Source: Anaerolineales bacterium
Lineage (GTDB): Bacteria; Chloroflexota; Anaerolineae; UBA1429
DNA: 44,343 nt
Direction: 5' to 3'
Assembly (NCBI GenBank): GCA_039680625.1
Contig: JBDKSN010000024.1
Location: forward strand, 1 to 44,343
A program made the position numbers and the translations under genes. How positions within the stretch are numbered: the stretch's first letter is position 1; each line of letters begins with the position of its first letter. The notes under the pieces were generated by a model that saw only the letters and a list, made by a program, of their open reading frames with translations, ran no database searches and was not told the origin of the DNA. Of this stretch, positions 27,447 to 37,156 are shown piece by piece.

Positions 27447-28751
27447 CTAGAGCAGGGCGTCTGCGCGCACCGCCAGCCAGGGCACCAACATCTCTGCTGC
27501 GGCGAGGCCGCCATGCCGACCGCGCATCCACGCCGCGCGCCTCAGGCGGTCGATATAGTGCTGGCCGTGGGCCACGGCGACATAGTGCCCCAGTCGGCTC
27601 GGCGCCTCAGCACAGGGTTGGCCCGGGCCGAATAGCCCCGCACGCAGCGCGCGTGGCGTCTCGATGAGCGAATAGTCGGGGCCGAGCGCCTCGCTGAGCC
27701 GCGCGCGCGTCTCGGGCGATGGTCCGGCCAGCGTGTGGAGGTAGGCGCAACGCGCTTCACCGCTGCTGGGTACGAGCAGCTCGGCCTCGAGCGGGCTGCC
27801 CTCCGAGACGTAGGCCTGATCCTCGGGCGTGCTCACAAAGCCATGATCGGCACACACCAGCAGCAACGTGTTGGGCACGGGCGCCGTGTGCAGCCAGCGT
27901 TCGAGCCAGTCGCCCAAGGTGGCGCCAATCTCGCGATAGGCCCGTGGCCAGTCGGGCGTGTCGGCGCCATGCAGGTGAATGGCGTGGTCGATGCCGCCCC
28001 AGTAGACGTAATGAAAGCTGCGTTGGCGACCAGCGGCCGCCAGGTCGGCGCCCAGGTTCTCCCACAACGAGGGCAACCCCTGATGCCCGATCACCCGCGC
28101 ATAGCCGCGGTAGCACATCCGCGTCAGCCCACTCGAGACGAACTGCTCGGCGACATGCGCCGTGGCCCGCACGCCGCTCTCGGCCAGCCAGTGCCCCAGG
28201 CCGGGGACGGGCACGAACGCCTCTGGCTGGAACCCCCAGGAGAGCAGGTCGGTGCTCGCTGCCGAGTACACCGGCTTGAGGCCGATCATCTCGGTGAGCA
28301 CGCCGTATTCACGCAGCCACAGCTCATAGCCCAGCACGCCGTGCACCGCCGGCGACTCGGCCGGGCCCAGCGTGGTCAGCGCCGTCACCGTCGTCGACGG
28401 GCACACCGAGGTCATCGGCAGCAGGGTGCCACGCTCGGCCATGCGGCTGAGGATGCTCTCTGGCTCGCGCGCAAGCATCGTGCGCAGTTGCAGATAGCCC
28501 AGGGCATCGATGAGCACCAGCACGACGTGCTCGACCGGGCCAAAGCGTTGGCGCCAGTAGAGCTCATCTAGAGGCGCGAGGCCCCCGATGGCGCGCGTGC
28601 CCAAGAGGGCGCCGACCGTTGCGGGCACGTTGGCGAGCGAGCGCCCGCTATACCAGGGCAGCACGAACTCGGGCGCGTCCAGCTCGGGCAGGTCGGGCCA
28701 GCGCGCCGCACGCAACGCTTGCTCGACCGAGGCCATCTGCTCCAGATCCAT
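27447..28751 (-). CDS. Alkaline phosphatase superfamily protein (type I phosphodiesterase/nucleotide pyrophosphatase-like)
   Basis: LIDALG, PSTT nucleophile region, DHAIH..G, ADHG, GRHGGL..EM.VP. Confidence 0.85.
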   Translation of the reverse strand: MDLEQMASVEQALRAARWPDLPELDAPEFVLPWYSGRSLANVPATVGALLGTRAIGGLAPLDELYWRQRFGPVEHVVLVLIDALGYLQLRTMLAREPESILSRMAERGTLLPMTSVCPSTTVTALTTLGPAESPAVHGVLGYELWLREYGVLTEMIGLKPVYSAASTDLLSWGFQPEAFVPVPGLGHWLAESGVRATAHVAEQFVSSGLTRMCYRGYARVIGHQGLPSLWENLGADLAAAGRQRSFHYVYWGGIDHAIHLHGADTPDWPRAYREIGATLGDWLERWLHTAPVPNTLLLVCADHGFVSTPEDQAYVSEGSPLEAELLVPSSGEARCAYLHTLAGPSPETRARLSEALGPDYSLIETPRALRAGLFGPGQPCAEAPSRLGHYVAVAHGQHYIDRLRRAAWMRGRHGGLAAAEMLVPWLAVRADALL

Positions 28752-28820
28752 CGTGGAACCTCACCGGCAAGAGAATTGGGCAAAATCTAGCATGGTCACG
28801 CGGGCAACGCAATCGCGCGG

Positions 28821-28850
28821 TTGCGGCGGGCTTGGCCTCGGCCCTATAAT
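28821..28850 (+). promoter_or_regulatory. Putative sigma70 promoter
   Basis: TTGCGG-N18-TATAAT upstream of the Gfo/Idh/MocA gene. Confidence 0.55.
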
Positions 28851-28883
28851 GCGCCCAACACTTGGGCTTGGTGGAGGGTAAAG

Positions 28884-30026
28884 ATGGCCAAGATTCGCTA
28901 CGGCATCGTCGGCTTGGGCGGCATGGGTTCGGGACACGCCGAGACGATGGCCAAGATCGACGAGTGCGTCTTGAGCGCGGTCTGTGATGCCGATCCCACC
29001 GTGGCCGCTAGGGCGGGCGACACCTTTGACGTGCCGCACTGCACCGACTATCGCGAGCTGGTCTCGCGCGAGGATGTCGACGCGGTCATCGTCGCCACGC
29101 CGCACTATTTCCACCCCGAGGTGGTGATCTATGCGCTCGAGCACGGCAAGCCGACGATCTCGGAGAAACCGATCGCCGTCACCGTCTCGGCGGCAGACGC
29201 CATGGTCGAGGCGGCTCAGCGCACCGGCACGCCCTTTGGCGTGATGTATCAGACGCGCTGCGAGCCGATCTGGCAGGCTGCGCACAAGATCATGAGCGAG
29301 GGGCGCCTCGGCGAGATCTATCGGACGATGCTGGTCTATGCTGACTTTCGCAGCCAGGCCTATTACGACTCGGCCGGCTGGCGCGCCACCTGGGCCGGAG
29401 AGGGCGGCGGTGTGCTCATCAACCAGGCGCCGCACTCGATCGACCGCTTTACCTGGCTGGGTGGCTTGCCCAGCAAGGTGCGCGCGGTGACGGCTACTCG
29501 CGACCACGTCATCGAGGTCGAAGATGTGGCCTCGGCGCTGCTCGAATACCCGAATGGCGGCGTGGGCTATCTCTATTGCTGCACCAACGAGGCGCCCCAG
29601 TCCAACATCATGGAGTTCGCGGGCGAGTATGGCAAGCTCCAGGTCGTGGGCGAGCAGATCCGCTTCTGGGAGGTCCCGGCGGGCGTGCACGCCTTCTCAA
29701 ACACCACCGACCAGATGTGGGCGCATCCCGAGGCCATCGAGGTGCCCGTGGAGCTCGAGCCGCACGAGACCGGCCACCTCGCCATCCTCCGCAACTTTGC
29801 CCGACACCTGTTGGTGGGCGAGCCTCTGATCGCCCCAGGCGTGGAGGGGATCAAGACGGTCGAGATGATCAACGCCGTGATCCTCTCGGGCAAGACGGGC
29901 GAGACCGTCGACATACCGGTGGATCGGCCGCGCTATGACGCTTTCCTACAGGGGCTGATTGCGACCTCGAGCTTTAAGAAGCGCAGTGGCCCCGATCTAC
30001 GCATCACCGACAACGTCCATCACTGA
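28884..30026 (+). CDS. Gfo/Idh/MocA family NAD(P)-dependent oxidoreductase
   Basis: GLGGMG, ATPH, EKP, WRATW.GEGGGVL.NQAPH.ID; GGAGG RBS before 28884. Confidence 0.92.
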   Translation: MAKIRYGIVGLGGMGSGHAETMAKIDECVLSAVCDADPTVAARAGDTFDVPHCTDYRELVSREDVDAVIVATPHYFHPEVVIYALEHGKPTISEKPIAVTVSAADAMVEAAQRTGTPFGVMYQTRCEPIWQAAHKIMSEGRLGEIYRTMLVYADFRSQAYYDSAGWRATWAGEGGGVLINQAPHSIDRFTWLGGLPSKVRAVTATRDHVIEVEDVASALLEYPNGGVGYLYCCTNEAPQSNIMEFAGEYGKLQVVGEQIRFWEVPAGVHAFSNTTDQMWAHPEAIEVPVELEPHETGHLAILRNFARHLLVGEPLIAPGVEGIKTVEMINAVILSGKTGETVDIPVDRPRYDAFLQGLIATSSFKKRSGPDLRITDNVHH

Positions 30027-30041
30027 GGCACGCATCGCGCA

Positions 30042-30066
30042 CCAGGGGCGCAGGCCGCGCCCCTGG
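30042..30066. terminator. Stem-loop between convergent genes
   Basis: CCAGGGGCGC-AGGCC-GCGCCCCTGG, perfect 10 bp stem. Confidence 0.6.
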
Positions 30067-30073
30067 GCGATCT

Positions 30074-31141
30074 CTAGGCCTGCCCGCCGTCGCAACGCCA
30101 GACGCGCAGGCCGTAGCGGCTCAGGTAGATGGGGATGTTCTGATAGAGCGGGTTCGTCTGCTCGATGGCGCGTAACATGGCGCGCTTGGCGCTCATCGAA
30201 GGCCCCGAGAGGATCGTGATCGAGCCACCATCGCCGCCGGCGCCGTTGACTTTGCAGCCGAGGGCGCCATACTCCCGCGCCAGGCGCATGATCTCCTCAG
30301 CCTCGGCACTCACCAAAGAGGGGTGGAGTGTCCGCTGCCCCGCGGTGTTCGCATCCATCGCTCGGCCCAGCGCCGGGAAATCTCCCGCATAGCAGGCATC
30401 GCGCGAGGCACGCGCCGTGCGGCGCAGATGCTCGAGCTTGGGGCTATCGGGGCCACTGTCCCGTAGGTCGCGGATGACCATCTCGTGCACCGCCGATGAG
30501 CTGTGCGACTTGCCCAAGAAGACCAGGCATAGACGGCGCTCCAGCTCCCACCAGATGTCGTTGGGCACGAGGATCTGCGACACGGCCGCATAGGGGTACT
30601 GAAACATCTCGATATAGTTGATGCCGCCATAGGCCGCGCAGAGCTGGTCTTGAATGCCCGACTGTTGGTGCAGCATCTCGGTCTCGATGCGGTGCGCGGC
30701 ATAGGCCACTTCGAGCGGGGTTCGTCGGCCTGGCGTGAGCAGATCGAGCGCACCGATGAGGGCCACGGTCACCGCCGCCGACGTGCCCGTCGAGCAGCCC
30801 GCGGGCGCCTCGGAATAGATCGAGATCTCGACGGCTAGGTCATTGGGGACGCCCACTAGGTCGATCGCCGCCTCGAGCAAGGGGTGGCGGATCCACTCGT
30901 GCGCCTCTTGCTGGGGCGACACCGCATAGCGGTCGCCATAGTTCTCGGCGTTGAGCACGACCCGTTGCGCGCGCTCGCCGCGCGGATAGACGTCGATCTG
31001 TACCTCGACATAAGGATAGACGCCGATGTTAAAGATGGCGCCCCGCTCAGCGAACCAGGTGTCGGTCCAGCCGCCATTATCGCAGACGCGGATAGGGGCC
31101 ACGCTATTGATGATCGTGTGCGGCGCACTGGCGTTGTTCAT
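30074..31141 (-). CDS. GHMP family sugar kinase (HddA/fucokinase-like)
   Basis: APIRV..GGWTD, PAGCSTGTS, SGIQDQ, KVNGAGG.GG. Confidence 0.85.
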   Translation of the reverse strand: MNNASAPHTIINSVAPIRVCDNGGWTDTWFAERGAIFNIGVYPYVEVQIDVYPRGERAQRVVLNAENYGDRYAVSPQQEAHEWIRHPLLEAAIDLVGVPNDLAVEISIYSEAPAGCSTGTSAAVTVALIGALDLLTPGRRTPLEVAYAAHRIETEMLHQQSGIQDQLCAAYGGINYIEMFQYPYAAVSQILVPNDIWWELERRLCLVFLGKSHSSSAVHEMVIRDLRDSGPDSPKLEHLRRTARASRDACYAGDFPALGRAMDANTAGQRTLHPSLVSAEAEEIMRLAREYGALGCKVNGAGGDGGSITILSGPSMSAKRAMLRAIEQTNPLYQNIPIYLSRYGLRVWRCDGGQA

Positions 31142-31202
31142 CGCGCTCCTAGGGCTGGGTTCTAGGGCGATTCTAGTCGCTGGGGAGGACGCTGTCTAGC
31201 GG

Positions 31203-31231
31203 TTGTCTCTCGTCTCGCCACCGTCTACAAT
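31203..31231 (+). promoter_or_regulatory. Putative sigma70 promoter of the GH51 gene
   Basis: TTGTCT-N17-TACAAT. Confidence 0.55.
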
Positions 31232-31276
31232 GCTCCGGCTGGTAACCGGATCACAGTCCGCGGGAGGCCCCTGACG

Positions 31277-32728
31277 ATGAACAAAATCAAGATCGATCCC
31301 ACACGCACGATCGGCGCCCTCGATCGCAATGTATTCGGCGGCTTTGCCGAGCATCTCGGGCGGTGCATCTATGGGGGCATCTTTGACGAAGGTTCGCCCC
31401 TGTCTGACGCGCAAGGCATGCGTCAAGACGTGCTCGCGGCTCTGCGCGAGCTGCGCATGCCGCTCGTCCGCTACCCAGGCGGCAACTTTGTCTCGGGATA
31501 CCGCTGGGTCGATGGCATCGGCCCACGCGACGAGCGCCCGGCCCGGCTCGACCTGGCCTGGGGCGCCGTCGAGACCAACCGCTTTGGCACCGACGAGTTC
31601 GTCGCCTGGTGCCGTCAGTTGGGCACCGAGCCGTATATCGCGGTGAACTGCGGCGACGGCGACATGCGGGAGGCGCGCGATTGGGTCGAGTACTGCAACG
31701 GCACCCGCGACACCTACTGGGTCAAGCGCCGCCGCGCCAACGGTGCCGCTGCACCGCACAATGTGCGCTATTGGGGCATCGGCAACGAGGTCGACGGCCC
31801 CTGGCAGATCGGCATGAAGACGCCCGCAGAATACGCCCGCGCCTGCACCGAGTACGCCAAAGTGATGAAGATGGTCGACCCGACCATCAAGATCGTCGCC
31901 TCGTGGAACAGCGGCTGGTTCCAAGACTGGCCCGAGCGAGGCCAGCTCATCCTCGAACAGGCCGGCAAGCTGGTGGACTATATGTCGATCCACTGGTACG
32001 TGGGCAACAGCAGCAACGACTTTGCTACGTATATGGCCCTATCGGAGCAGTTCGAAGAGCGCCTCACCGCCTCGGCCGGGCTGATCCAGGCCATGGCCTC
32101 GGCGCTCAAGCTCACCAATCCCGTCTATCTCGCCGTGGACGAGTGGAACGTGTGGTTCCGCACGCGCGGCGAGGACAATCTGGCCGAGCTGTACACGCTC
32201 GAAGACGCGCTGGTGGTGGCCATGCAGATGAACGCCTTCATCCGCCATGCCGACATGGTCAAGATGGCCAACATCGCCCAGATCGTCAACGTGATCGCGC
32301 CAGTGGTCACGCGGCCCGATGGCCTGTTGCTTCAGTCGATCTACTATCCGTTCGTGGCGATCTCGCAGGCGGCCGGCGATACGGCGCTGGACGTGTTCTG
32401 GGAGGGCGACACCTTTTCGGGCGGCGGCCATACCGGCCTGCGCGTGCTCGACGTCGCGGCCACCCGCGCTGCCAATGGCGAGGTGGCGCTGTCGGTGGTC
32501 AACCGCTCTCTAGACTCGAGCGAGGCTGAGATCGTGGTGCAAGAGGGCGTTTGGGGCGGTGAGGCCGTGATCACGACGGTCAACGGCCCGGACATCAAGG
32601 CGATGAACACCTTCGACGACCCGCACCTCATCGGCGCGCGCACAACCAAGGCGGCGCTCCAGGGCAACGCGCTCAGGGTCACGTTCGAGCCGCACTCAGT
32701 GACCGTGCTCCGCCTGCCCGTCCGCTGA
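31277..32728 (+). CDS. abfA: Alpha-L-arabinofuranosidase, GH51
   Basis: FAEHLGRCIYGG, RYPGGNF, WVEYCN, GNE (acid/base), DEWNVW (nucleophile), ANIAQIVNVI. Confidence 0.92.
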   Translation: MNKIKIDPTRTIGALDRNVFGGFAEHLGRCIYGGIFDEGSPLSDAQGMRQDVLAALRELRMPLVRYPGGNFVSGYRWVDGIGPRDERPARLDLAWGAVETNRFGTDEFVAWCRQLGTEPYIAVNCGDGDMREARDWVEYCNGTRDTYWVKRRRANGAAAPHNVRYWGIGNEVDGPWQIGMKTPAEYARACTEYAKVMKMVDPTIKIVASWNSGWFQDWPERGQLILEQAGKLVDYMSIHWYVGNSSNDFATYMALSEQFEERLTASAGLIQAMASALKLTNPVYLAVDEWNVWFRTRGEDNLAELYTLEDALVVAMQMNAFIRHADMVKMANIAQIVNVIAPVVTRPDGLLLQSIYYPFVAISQAAGDTALDVFWEGDTFSGGGHTGLRVLDVAATRAANGEVALSVVNRSLDSSEAEIVVQEGVWGGEAVITTVNGPDIKAMNTFDDPHLIGARTTKAALQGNALRVTFEPHSVTVLRLPVR

Positions 32729-32742
32729 GCGTAGAACCATCG

Positions 32743-32779
32743 GCGCGAGGTCGCTCGCTTGTTGCGGGCGACCTTGCGC
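32743..32779. terminator. Stem-loop between convergent genes
   Basis: GCGCGAGGTCGCTCGC-TTGTT-GCGGGCGACCTTGCGC, 16 bp stem with two G-U pairs. Confidence 0.65.
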
Positions 32780-32798
32780 TGCCTCCCGTTGCAATCGA

Positions 32799-34691
32799 TC
32801 AGGGCACGGGCAAGGTCACGGCATCGGTGTTGTGAAAGCCCGTTTCGTCTTGTGTGTACATAAAGAGACGCACCGCAGCGGGCTGTGCGCCCGACGGGAT
32901 GGTCAGAAGATAGTGGTCGCGCACCAGCTCACCGGCAGTCCACTGCGTCGTCGGATACCAGCCATAGACCGGGTGCTGCACATCGGCTTGCGCCAGCACG
33001 GCGCCCGCCTCATCGACCAGGTGCACGCCCACGGCGTAGTCGGCGGCAGGCGGCGAGATGGCGAGCCATTGCACCGTCACCAGCAAGGCATCCTCGCCCT
33101 CGCGGGTGACCTCTGCCGACGCCACGGCTATGCCATTGCCCAGCAAGGCCAACGTCGCTATGGAAGGGTCTATTCGCGGCGAGGGGGCGATCTCGACCAG
33201 CCCATAGGCCGCCGAGGAGAGCGCCAGCCCGCCCAACCGCTCGGCGAACCAGGAAGGGGCAAAGACGTAAAAGGTCTCTTGCGCCGTCACCAGGCGCACG
33301 CCCGAGGCGACGATGTTCTCGAGCGAAGCGTTGTGATCGGCGATCACGAGGCCGGGCAGCTCGCCACGGTAGCTCTGCGCATAGCGCAATGCCCAATAGT
33401 CATGTCCCCAGGGCATCCACACCGTCGTAGGCTCTGCGGGGTTTGCCAGAGAGGCCACGCGCTGCACCACGACCTCTGAGCTGCGATCGCGGGTGATGGC
33501 CAACACCTGCGGCGCATGCCGGTAGCCCAGGAAGGCGAGCAAGGCCAGGGCCGCGCAGCCCGCCACGACATCCACCCAACGGCGACGCGTGCTGGGCACA
33601 AGGAAGGCTAGCCCCACGGCGCACGCCCACACGATCGGCAGCTTGACGGCCAGGAGCGCATCCGAGATGCGGCCCTCCCAGATGATCACGGTCACTGCCA
33701 AGTGCACCACCACGAGCACCAGCAGGGCAAGCGCCTCGCGCCGACGACCGCGGCGAGCGAGCAGCGCCAGACCCACCAGCCCCAGGAGCAGCACCGCCAG
33801 CGGGAGGTCTTGCGCGAGCAGGGAGATAGCCGTCTGCAGCCGCGCCGCCAGTTCGGCCCAGCTCGCCGGCAGGCTCACAATGCGCGTGGATTTGTTGTCG
33901 AGCACCAAGCCCCAAAAGCCCGGCCAGGTGCCGGGGCTGTTGAAGGTCCACGTGGCGCCCATCCAGGCGCGCAGCGGTAGATAGAGATAGGTCGCCAAGG
34001 CACCCAGGCCGAGGCCGATGATCGCCCAGATATTCCCCCAGATGGGGCGCCAACGGCCCCAAACGAGGACCAAGAGCGCCGGCGCAATAAAGGCCACCGC
34101 TCGCTGGTGCACGACGCCCTGCGTGAGCAGCGCCGCCAGCCAGAGGAGCTCGCGGCGGCCGCCGCGCTGCCGATAGGCCAGTGCCGCGAGCATGGTGCCG
34201 ATGGTCAGCGCCATGGTCATCGTGTGCACCTCAGCCAGGGAGGCGTCGACCCACCAGGAGAGCGCCAAGCCGCAGACCGCCGTGGCGCCGACCGCAGCCA
34301 GCCGCGGGGCGCCCAACGCACGGATAAAGCGATAGCTCAACGCCGCGGCGAGGGCACCCCACACCGCCGAGAAGAGCGACGCAGCCAGGGCCGGGGCCAC
34401 GCCCACGAGACCCAGCAGCCAGACAAAGAGCGAGCCGAGCAGGCTGTATTGCGGGTAGCCCGTAAAGTGCAAGGTGCCCCAACGCGGCAGCGCATTCTGG
34501 ATCTCGCCCACGTCGGTGGCGTAGGGTGAGCGGCTGCCGTTGATCTCGGCCTGAGCGGTGAGGGTATAGACGACCAAGAGCGCCAGCGCCAGGGCGAGGG
34601 CGACGGTGCGATCATCGCCCAACAGGCGCCGCCAACGCCGGGTTGGCTCGCCCCTGTTCACGACCTGCGCGCTGTCCGCCGCTGTGCTCAC
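32799..34691 (-). CDS. DUF2723/TMEM260-like GT-C membrane glycosyltransferase
   Basis: DVGEIQ...LHFTGYPQY, AEVHT, YLYLPLRA; many TMs; soluble C-terminal VHLVD...AQAD..P..GWYPTTQW..GE domain. Confidence 0.75.
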   Translation of the reverse strand: MSTAADSAQVVNRGEPTRRWRRLLGDDRTVALALALALLVVYTLTAQAEINGSRSPYATDVGEIQNALPRWGTLHFTGYPQYSLLGSLFVWLLGLVGVAPALAASLFSAVWGALAAALSYRFIRALGAPRLAAVGATAVCGLALSWWVDASLAEVHTMTMALTIGTMLAALAYRQRGGRRELLWLAALLTQGVVHQRAVAFIAPALLVLVWGRWRPIWGNIWAIIGLGLGALATYLYLPLRAWMGATWTFNSPGTWPGFWGLVLDNKSTRIVSLPASWAELAARLQTAISLLAQDLPLAVLLLGLVGLALLARRGRRREALALLVLVVVHLAVTVIIWEGRISDALLAVKLPIVWACAVGLAFLVPSTRRRWVDVVAGCAALALLAFLGYRHAPQVLAITRDRSSEVVVQRVASLANPAEPTTVWMPWGHDYWALRYAQSYRGELPGLVIADHNASLENIVASGVRLVTAQETFYVFAPSWFAERLGGLALSSAAYGLVEIAPSPRIDPSIATLALLGNGIAVASAEVTREGEDALLVTVQWLAISPPAADYAVGVHLVDEAGAVLAQADVQHPVYGWYPTTQWTAGELVRDHYLLTIPSGAQPAAVRLFMYTQDETGFHNTDAVTLPVP

Positions 34692-34796
34692 GCGCCTCCC
34701 TCTTCGCCGGTGACCTGCTGTCCCAGATGATACGCCCGACGGCCCGGCCCGACAACAGACGACCGATGGCGTAGGCCATTGGGCGCGCAGCGCAAT

Positions 34797-34825
34797 TTGA
34801 CGCTGTTTGGGGCCTATGATAGCGT
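34797..34825 (+). promoter_or_regulatory. Putative sigma70 promoter of the pgi-sixA-phoPR operon
   Basis: TTGACG-N17-TAGCGT with an extended -10 TG. Confidence 0.5.
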
Positions 34826-34871
34826 GATTCGTGTAGCCTGTAGGTTACACATGCCTGGGGGGAGGATCCAG

Positions 34872-36635
34872 ATGTCGGGACTCGCTGATCTTGTCAAGCC
34901 TGTAGCGCCTTCGACCTTGGTCAACCTGAAAGAGTATGCGTCAGAGGTGGAGGCGGTACAGCAGGAACTAGAGGGCAGCGATGCGGCCGCCCGAGTGTGG
35001 GCCAAGGATGGCACGTGGTGGGCGCCATGGGATCGGGCGGCGGCGCGAGACATCGAGGATCGCCTCGGCTGGCTCGGGCTGCCTATCGCCATGCGCAGCG
35101 AAGTGACGCGGCTCAAGGGCCTGGCTGCCGAGGCCAAGCAGGCCGGCCTGACTCGCGTCGTGCTCTTGGGTATGGGGGGGAGCAGCCTGGCACCCGAGGT
35201 GATGGCGGCCGTGCTGCCGCGCGCCAGTGACGGCGCCGAGCTGGTGATCCTCGATGCTACCGACCCCACACAGATTCGCCGCGTGGAGGCGGGCGCGCCG
35301 TTGGCCAACACGCTGTTCATCCTCGCTAGCAAGTCGGGCACGACTATCGAGACCGACAGCCTCTATGCCTATTTCCGCACCCGGCTGCAACAGGCCGTAG
35401 GCCCCGATGCCTGGCGCAGTCACTGGGTGGCCATCACCGATCCGTACACGGCGTTGGCTGAGCTGGCGGTCAAAGAGCGCTTTCGCGCCCTGTTCATCAA
35501 TCCACCGGACATCGGCGGGCGCTATTCCGCCCTGTCGCTCTTTGGCCTGGTGCCGGCGGCGCTCTGCGGGATCGACATCGACGCACTGCTGGTGGCAGCA
35601 CAAGACATGTATTGGGCCTGCCGCGGCACGGCGCCGATCGCCACCAATCCGGGGATGGCTCTGGGCGCGATCATGGGCGCCTGCGCCAAGGCCCGGCCGC
35701 TGCCCGTCGACAAGCTCACTCTCTTCACCTCGCCCACGCTGGCGCCGTTTGGCCCCTGGGCCGAGCAGCTCATCGCCGAGAGCACGGGCAAGGATGGCGT
35801 GGGCATCTTGCCCGTCGAGGGCGAATGCCTGGCCTGCCTGCCCAAGCTCAGTCGCGACCGGCTCTTGGTCTACCTGCGGCTCACTGGCGACGCAAACGAG
35901 GCGACCGATGCGCTGGCCCAGCGGTTGAGCGCCGCGGGGCATCCACTGGTCGTGCTCACGCTGGCAGAGCCGGTGGCGCTCGGCGCCGAGATGTACCGCT
36001 GGGAGTACGCCACGGCCGTGGCCGGCCAGATCTTGGGCATCAACCCGTTCGACCAGCCCAATGTCGAGGCGGCCAAGAAGAGCGCTCGCGCGGCGATCAG
36101 GGCCTACGAAGAGAGCCACGAGATCCCACAGCTGGCCGTAGCCCTGGCCGAGGAGGGCCTAGAGATCTCGGGGCCTGTCACGGGCGCGCAGTCGCTCGCC
36201 GAGGCCCTCGCCCAAGTGTTCAAGCCCGCGCACGAGGGGCAGTATGTGGCGGTGATGGCCTATATCGACCACTCGCCCGAACACATCGCTGGGCTGGAGG
36301 CGATCCGCAAGACGCTCGGCCGGGCGTTGGGCGTGCCCGTGACCGTGGGCTTTGGCCCGCGATTCCTGCATAGCACCGGCCAGTTGCACAAGGGAGGCGC
36401 CAACAATGGCCTCTTCCTACAGATCGTGCAAGACGAGACCGACGACCTGGCGATCCCCGGGCGGGGCTACACCTTTGGCGTGCTCAAGGCCTGTCAGGCC
36501 CTGGGCGATTGGCAGGCCCTGCAGGATGCGGGCCGCACGGTGGTGCGGGTCAATGTGGGCAGCGATGTGGCCGCTGGTCTTGCTCGGCTGAACGCCGCTT
36601 TGGCGGCGGCCCTGCGCGAGGACGTGCAGCCATGA
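34872..36635 (+). CDS. pgi: Glucose-6-phosphate isomerase (stand-alone form of the Tal-Pgi-type PGI domain)
   Basis: RLGWL, GMGGSSL, SKSGTTIET, IGGRYS, EQLIAESTGK, NPFDQPNVE..K, GPRFLHSTGQLHKGG. Confidence 0.9.
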   Translation: MSGLADLVKPVAPSTLVNLKEYASEVEAVQQELEGSDAAARVWAKDGTWWAPWDRAAARDIEDRLGWLGLPIAMRSEVTRLKGLAAEAKQAGLTRVVLLGMGGSSLAPEVMAAVLPRASDGAELVILDATDPTQIRRVEAGAPLANTLFILASKSGTTIETDSLYAYFRTRLQQAVGPDAWRSHWVAITDPYTALAELAVKERFRALFINPPDIGGRYSALSLFGLVPAALCGIDIDALLVAAQDMYWACRGTAPIATNPGMALGAIMGACAKARPLPVDKLTLFTSPTLAPFGPWAEQLIAESTGKDGVGILPVEGECLACLPKLSRDRLLVYLRLTGDANEATDALAQRLSAAGHPLVVLTLAEPVALGAEMYRWEYATAVAGQILGINPFDQPNVEAAKKSARAAIRAYEESHEIPQLAVALAEEGLEISGPVTGAQSLAEALAQVFKPAHEGQYVAVMAYIDHSPEHIAGLEAIRKTLGRALGVPVTVGFGPRFLHSTGQLHKGGANNGLFLQIVQDETDDLAIPGRGYTFGVLKACQALGDWQALQDAGRTVVRVNVGSDVAAGLARLNAALAAALREDVQP

Positions 36636-37150
36636 CCAAGACTTTGCTCCTCATGCGCCACGCCAAGTCGAGCTGGGCCGATCCGGATCAACCCGATGCC
36701 GAGCGCCCGCTCACTGCCCGGGGCAAGCGCGAGGCCGAACGAATGGGCCAGGAGCTGTATCGGCGAGGCCTGGCGCCCGCCCAGATCCTGTGCTCGACGG
36801 CCAAACGAGCGCGCTCGACCGCTAACCGCGTCGTCGAGGCGGCGCCACCCGACGCTGAGCCGCCTGTCGTCCTCGACAGCCGTCTCTATGCGAGCGACGC
36901 CGCGGCCTACCGACGTGTCTTGGCTGACGAGGCGCAAGGCGACACCGTGCTGCTCATCGGGCACAACCCGACGCTCGAAGAGCTGGCCAGCGCCATGGTG
37001 GGGCAGACGATGGTACTCTCGACCGCCAACGTGGTCGTAGTGAGCCTCGACCTGGCCAACTGGTGCGACCTCAATGGGCAGACACATGGCCTTTTGCTGG
37101 CGCTGCTGGCTCCGCGCGACCTCGCCATCGTGCCCTTGGAAGAGGACTAG
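36632..37150 (+). CDS. sixA: SixA-like histidine phosphatase
   Basis: LMRHAKS, RPLT.RG, STAKRA, IGHNP; ATGA overlap with pgi. Confidence 0.85.
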   Translation: MTKTLLLMRHAKSSWADPDQPDAERPLTARGKREAERMGQELYRRGLAPAQILCSTAKRARSTANRVVEAAPPDAEPPVVLDSRLYASDAAAYRRVLADEAQGDTVLLIGHNPTLEELASAMVGQTMVLSTANVVVVSLDLANWCDLNGQTHGLLLALLAPRDLAIVPLEED

Positions 37151-37156
37151 GCTAAT

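Noticed and set aside
31240-31255. Possible LacI-type operator TGGTAACCGGATCACA downstream of the GH51 promoter
   Set aside because: Only 5 of 8 palindromic pairs match and there is no LacI gene in the window; too weak to call.
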